Positions 59,877 to 64,000 of a stretch of DNA of 64,000 nucleotides are shown in pieces. This stretch comes from a virus. Taxonomy: Duplodnaviria > Caudoviricetes. Numbering within the stretch: the stretch's first letter is position 1; every line of letters begins with the position of its first letter. The translations under genes and the position numbers were made by a program. The stretch covers positions 1,290-65,289 of the IMG/VR virus record IMGVR_UViG_3300009164_000071; one strand, given 5' to 3'. Under the pieces are notes generated by a model. The model was not told the DNA's origin. It saw only the letters and a list, made by a program, of their open reading frames with translations, and made no database searches.

Positions 59877-60734
59877 TTACGTCGCCATTCCGGTGCGCAT
59901 CACGCTTATTACCTTATTTGAGGCCATGTACGGAGTAAAATATAGTCTAACTGTATTACTTTGTACATCGGCCGCAAACACTCCTAATTCCCCATTTGTT
60001 GTTAAAACCCCGTATTCTGTTGCAAATACTGTTCCTATGTTATCTACTAACAACAAGATTTCAATAACTTGAAACTTTGCTCCTGGGCCAGTATCATCAT
60101 CAATTTGTATAAGATACTTTGCCGCTCTAAATTCTAATACCGAATACGTGTCAACAACAACTGTCGCTGTGGTATTTATGCTGACCAGCGTAGAATCGAA
60201 GACTGTATCTGCTATTTTAATGCTTTCTGCATTAAGTCGACCACCAATTCCTACTCCACCTGTGACTACTAATGCTCCAGTTATAGTTGATACTGAAGTA
60301 GTAGTATTTGATATATATAGGGCTTGATTGGTAGTTGCACCACGCACTGTCAGTGATTGCAAGGTTGAAGTATTGTTTATTGTTAAAACACCAGTGCTGG
60401 TATTAGCTACAATACTAATGTCTACTCCAGGAAGTACATAAGTTCCTAGACTAGAAGTAGTTAAAATTGACCTACCTTGTTGCGTTATTGAGCCACCGAC
60501 ATTTAAATCTCTTCCAATTCCAACGCCTCCGGTGACTACTACAGCGCCTGAAGTAGTTGATGTTGAATTAGTTGAAGTAGATACAAATAATTGTTGTGTT
60601 GCTGTTATAACAGCACTGATCACCCCGCCACTTATTGCAGGTCTTACCCACGCATATCCATTCCAATTGTATGTCACTGATCCAATGACAACTGTTTGGT
60701 TAGGCGTTGGGTTTGTCGGAAATAATGTTGCCAT
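59877..60734 (-). CDS. Fibre connector protein (285 aa)
   Basis: MATLFPTNP..W module; C-terminal FRAAKYLIQ domain. Confidence 0.8.
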   Translation of the reverse strand: MATLFPTNPTPNQTVVIGSVTYNWNGYAWVRPAISGGVISAVITATQQLFVSTSTNSTSTTSGAVVVTGGVGIGRDLNVGGSITQQGRSILTTSSLGTYVLPGVDISIVANTSTGVLTINNTSTLQSLTVRGATTNQALYISNTTTSVSTITGALVVTGGVGIGGRLNAESIKIADTVFDSTLVSINTTATVVVDTYSVLEFRAAKYLIQIDDDTGPGAKFQVIEILLLVDNIGTVFATEYGVLTTNGELGVFAADVQSNTVRLYFTPYMASNKVISVMRTGMAT

Positions 60735-60746
60735 GTTCTTTTCTCT

Positions 60747-61664
60747 TTATGCTAAGGCAGTAAATTGTATCCATACAGTACTAGTACCGTCTTGTACATA
60801 TTGTAGGGCCGCACCTATACTAGGAATAATCCAAACTTCTCCTACCTTAGGGTCAGTTGGTTCGACACCAGGAGGGTCTCCAAAATATACATTAGGGCTA
60901 TACAATAATCCGCCTAAATTACTATTACCGTCTGCACTATGTACACTTCCTCGAGTTCCTATACCACCGTAGACAGTCAAGGCGCCGGTAGTAGTTGAAG
61001 TAGATACAGTACTACTTGTTATTGCCATGACAGGCACCGATAAAGTTCCTGTTGGATTATTATAATTAAACGAATAACTGCTACTAGCAGTGGTATATTC
61101 CCCAATTTGTTTAGTCATCATGGGATAATATATGCTAGACGACGTTAAACTAACAAATAAATTATCTGAATTAGTTGCGGTCGTAGCACGACTGGCTGAG
61201 AATGATCCCACTGACAGCCACGCAGGAGCGGTTCCGGTAGATACTAGAACATACCCGCTAGTTGAAATTCCTAGAAAAGTTGTTCTTCCTGCCGCAGTCT
61301 GATAAGGTATACTTCCTTGGGCGCCGCCTGTTATATTAGTTGATGTGCTAACAGTTCCGGTAATAGTATTTGTTGCAGTCATTGCACCTGTTAGATACAA
61401 ATCTCCTCTAATAGATACCACAGCCGATCCTGTTGTAGCAATAACAATATTCTGTGATGCAACTTGATTTGATATTGTTCCACTGGTAAACAGTAAATTA
61501 CCTAAACTTGAACTGTAAGTAGCGGTTCTAGTACTGTCAACAATGAGAGTATAACCAGTAGCAGTGGTAGCAGTTGGAGGGAAACTAGGTTGAGCAGTGC
61601 TCAACTTGATAAAAGTTCCGCTACCGTATGGTCTAAGTTGTGATCCGCTTAATAAACTAGGCAT
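60747..61664 (-). CDS. Fibre protein (305 aa)
   Basis: GG..GSIPYQ and GALTV.GG motifs; C-terminal P..GEVW...WIQ module. Confidence 0.8.
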   Translation of the reverse strand: MPSLLSGSQLRPYGSGTFIKLSTAQPSFPPTATTATGYTLIVDSTRTATYSSSLGNLLFTSGTISNQVASQNIVIATTGSAVVSIRGDLYLTGAMTATNTITGTVSTSTNITGGAQGSIPYQTAAGRTTFLGISTSGYVLVSTGTAPAWLSVGSFSASRATTATNSDNLFVSLTSSSIYYPMMTKQIGEYTTASSSYSFNYNNPTGTLSVPVMAITSSTVSTSTTTGALTVYGGIGTRGSVHSADGNSNLGGLLYSPNVYFGDPPGVEPTDPKVGEVWIIPSIGAALQYVQDGTSTVWIQFTALA

Positions 61665-61676
61665 GTTTAATCTCTA

Positions 61677-62060
61677 TTATTCGTTGGCTGTTTCTAGAAC
61701 ACTTAGTGTTAGTTGCATCGAACCATTACTAGTCCCGTAGCAGATGATACTATCTGATGTTTCTACAATCATTTTACCAAAAATTGGGTTAGCCGCATCG
61801 TTGGCAGGGATTTGAAATTCCTTTACTAAGTATGTGCCTACTCCTCCGGGCTGTGCGCCATTTCCTTGAGGATCGGCTAGTATTGCTCTATTACGATAGT
61901 GCATAAACGTCACAGTTTGTGTGGCTGTGGAGATATTACTAACCTGCGCCATCAATATAACCGCTGTCACTCCACTTGGTGCTGTATATACTTTTGTAGT
62001 TGTCACAGTTGATACTGCAGATGTTTTTGTTTTAAATGTGTTTAATGGAATTAATGCCAT
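61677..62060 (-). CDS. Small beta-sandwich adaptor-like protein (127 aa)
   Basis: MALIPLNTFKT...VYTAP.G...QVSN...IP.ND...D.I...LSVLET; aligns with 33203..33562. Confidence 0.75.
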   Translation of the reverse strand: MALIPLNTFKTKTSAVSTVTTTKVYTAPSGVTAVILMAQVSNISTATQTVTFMHYRNRAILADPQGNGAQPGGVGTYLVKEFQIPANDAANPIFGKMIVETSDSIICYGTSNGSMQLTLSVLETANE

Positions 62061-62071
62061 AATTTTTCCTT

Positions 62072-64000
62072 TTATCCTCCGATAGCCAATATGAACGGTG
62101 TTAAGTAATTTAACAAACTCTTTTGGAATGTTCTTCCGCTAAGTAATCCAGTGGCTTGGCTGATTACAAGTCCTGTACCAATACGGAAGTCTCCGTTTTG
62201 GTCAGTTGATGTAAAGAATACTTTACCATTATCTAATTGCAGTGTTTCTTTACTTTGAATCGGATCTCTACGACCTACTTGTGGTAATGCTCCGTAGTTA
62301 GTTCCAGCACCCACGTACTCGAATACATAACTAGATGCACTAATATAACTGCGTTGATAGAAATTTATAGTAGCACCATCTGGGAACAATGAAGTATCTG
62401 TCACATTTTCTCCTAGCGACACAATATGATGTGTGCCGTTGCGTGACCAATAGCTCAACCCTGACATGACCATATTATAATTTCCGCCAGTTTCTATATC
62501 ATAGATTAATCTTTGTAAAGTTAATTTAACATCTCGACGACATTTAGCATTATCATAAGCACCTATAGTTGGGCCAAAAACACTGTTAACATACGCTGAT
62601 ATTTCTTCTGCAAGGAAGTCAATGTTAGCTGTTATAAGGTCAACGGCACTGCCAGCACCTGGAACAAGATTTCCTGTTTTCTTTCTGTTATTAGTAGAAA
62701 CTACGGCATTGGCAGAATTAATATTGGCCGCCCCAATGATATTTTTTAAATCTGTGAATCTATTTCCTATAAATTCAATTGCTTGGCTTCCTCCAACTAT
62801 TTGTTTTTGTATAACTTGAGTAGATGTTGTTTGATACAAGCCTGTTATTGTTATATTTGATATAACTGATTCAACTAATGTATTTAAATGACTCAATGAT
62901 GTTATGTGTGCTGAAATTTGACTAATGCCGGTAGAAACATTTGCTGAGCTTAAAATATTGGTTCCCACGGGTTTAGGATTATTAGCAATTGAACTGCTTA
63001 AAACTGTATAATAAGCATTTCCACAGAAATACAAATTAAAATATGTATCATCTGCTGGATCACCACCGCCACTGGTTATTGATTTACTTAATGTTATACT
63101 TTGATAACTAACGTCTGTGACTACAGTTCCTGTGTCAGAATATAATAAACCGTTTGTTCCTGTAAAGCTACCAAACTGATCTCGAATGTGCAAAGTATTT
63201 CCTACAGCTATACCATTGATATTGATACCGGATATAGTAATAGTACCTGTTGTTAATGTGCCTGTATTGACAATTGCATTAAGGAACCCTGGCAATACTT
63301 GAGGATTAACGTAATCTTTAGGAGGTTCAACTTCCATGACCAGACTAATATGCGGTCTATCTACAACATCTGGAACGAATATCTCAACTTGGGCATTAGA
63401 TGGCCAATATCCTGTTGGATAAAATTGATTTAGTCCGTCTGGTCCTGGACTATCTGGGTATGCTTTGTTTGGAGGATTATAAACTGTTCCACTGAATGCT
63501 CGGTATCCGTGACCCTTGGCAATTAATGCAACATCACCAAAGTTAGCATTACTGTTGACAATAGATGCAATACCACCGTTGTCAACCTGAACACCAACTG
63601 AACAGAAAATTGTAAACACAGAAACTAGCTGTGCATACCCGTTGTTGGTCACTTTTATACCTATGCCGCCTTGATTAACTTGTGTATACGCATCAAAAAC
63701 AAAACTTTGTATTGGGCTTCTGTCACTGACTACAGAACCGTCAACTAAACATCCTCCCATTGCTCCAACAGGGTCTAATTTTCGTGAAGCATAATCATCT
63801 GGGACATCCTCATCTTGAATTGGTAGTACACCGGCATTGCCAAAATATAATGTAGCATTATCAGCAATACCTGTAGTAGTAGTATTCAACGTTAATGTAT
63901 AATTGTCTCCACCTAATGGTGTGACTGATAGTATCTTTGGTGCTAGTCGCACATCGTCAGCTAGTGCTCCAGAAGCTAGACTCAATGAACTTCCTTGATA
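62072..64000 (-). CDS. Large virion structural protein, C-terminal part (partial, starts beyond right edge)
   Basis: Frame stays open upstream of the TTG at 63985 to the window edge; DAYTQ.NQGG.G...NNGYAQLVS, KCRRD, FEYVGAG motifs; ends FILAIGG. Confidence 0.8.
   Translation of the reverse strand, partial: YQGSSLSLASGALADDVRLAPKILSVTPLGGDNYTLTLNTTTTGIADNATLYFGNAGVLPIQDEDVPDDYASRKLDPVGAMGGCLVDGSVVSDRSPIQSFVFDAYTQVNQGGIGIKVTNNGYAQLVSVFTIFCSVGVQVDNGGIASIVNSNANFGDVALIAKGHGYRAFSGTVYNPPNKAYPDSPGPDGLNQFYPTGYWPSNAQVEIFVPDVVDRPHISLVMEVEPPKDYVNPQVLPGFLNAIVNTGTLTTGTITISGININGIAVGNTLHIRDQFGSFTGTNGLLYSDTGTVVTDVSYQSITLSKSITSGGGDPADDTYFNLYFCGNAYYTVLSSSIANNPKPVGTNILSSANVSTGISQISAHITSLSHLNTLVESVISNITITGLYQTTSTQVIQKQIVGGSQAIEFIGNRFTDLKNIIGAANINSANAVVSTNNRKKTGNLVPGAGSAVDLITANIDFLAEEISAYVNSVFGPTIGAYDNAKCRRDVKLTLQRLIYDIETGGNYNMVMSGLSYWSRNGTHHIVSLGENVTDTSLFPDGATINFYQRSYISASSYVFEYVGAGTNYGALPQVGRRDPIQSKETLQLDNGKVFFTSTDQNGDFRIGTGLVISQATGLLSGRTFQKSLLNYLTPFILAIGG

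Noticed and set aside
21765-62819. Many short antisense or alternate-frame ORFs over the fibre genes
   Set aside because: They are shadows of Thr/Gly/Val-biased and collagen codons, lie wholly inside long coherent genes and show no recognisable motifs.
1-64000. Stop-codon reassignment as in some jumbo phages
   Set aside because: Standard code gives full-length, tightly packed genes; TAA, TGA and TAG all end genes at sensible positions.
1-64000. tRNA, rRNA or large ncRNA genes
   Set aside because: Intergenic gaps are under about 150 bp and are explained by promoters and terminators; no cloverleaf seen by eye (tRNAscan-SE/Infernal not run).

Overview
This 64-kb window is part of a large T4-like (jumbo-type) myovirus genome, densely coding in the standard code. 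Bases 1-14.8 kb hold the virion core: terminase subunits, candidate internal head proteins, gp4 nuclease, two tail-tube-fold proteins, a 1002-aa sheath, dNMP kinase and gp13/14/15-like neck genes. Bases 14.8-19.8 kb hold a Nudix hydrolase, two glycosyltransferases and a NodU/TobZ-type carbamoyltransferase. Bases 19.8-64 kb are an unbroken minus-strand array of about 23 Thr/Ser/Gly-rich fibre or appendage genes (collagen, LamG, Gly-rich and about 600-aa paralogous proteins). The most striking pattern is a colinear 'docking grammar' in the fibre array: specific C-terminal modules are repeatedly followed, in gene order, by genes starting with a specific N-terminal module, suggesting a daisy-chained, branched appendage. 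Other signals are nested domain insertions, three divergent paralogs joined by identical 53-bp junctions, late-promoter-driven modification enzymes, apparently leaderless late mRNAs and an RBS-occluding hairpin. All family calls are by motif recognition; no database search was run.
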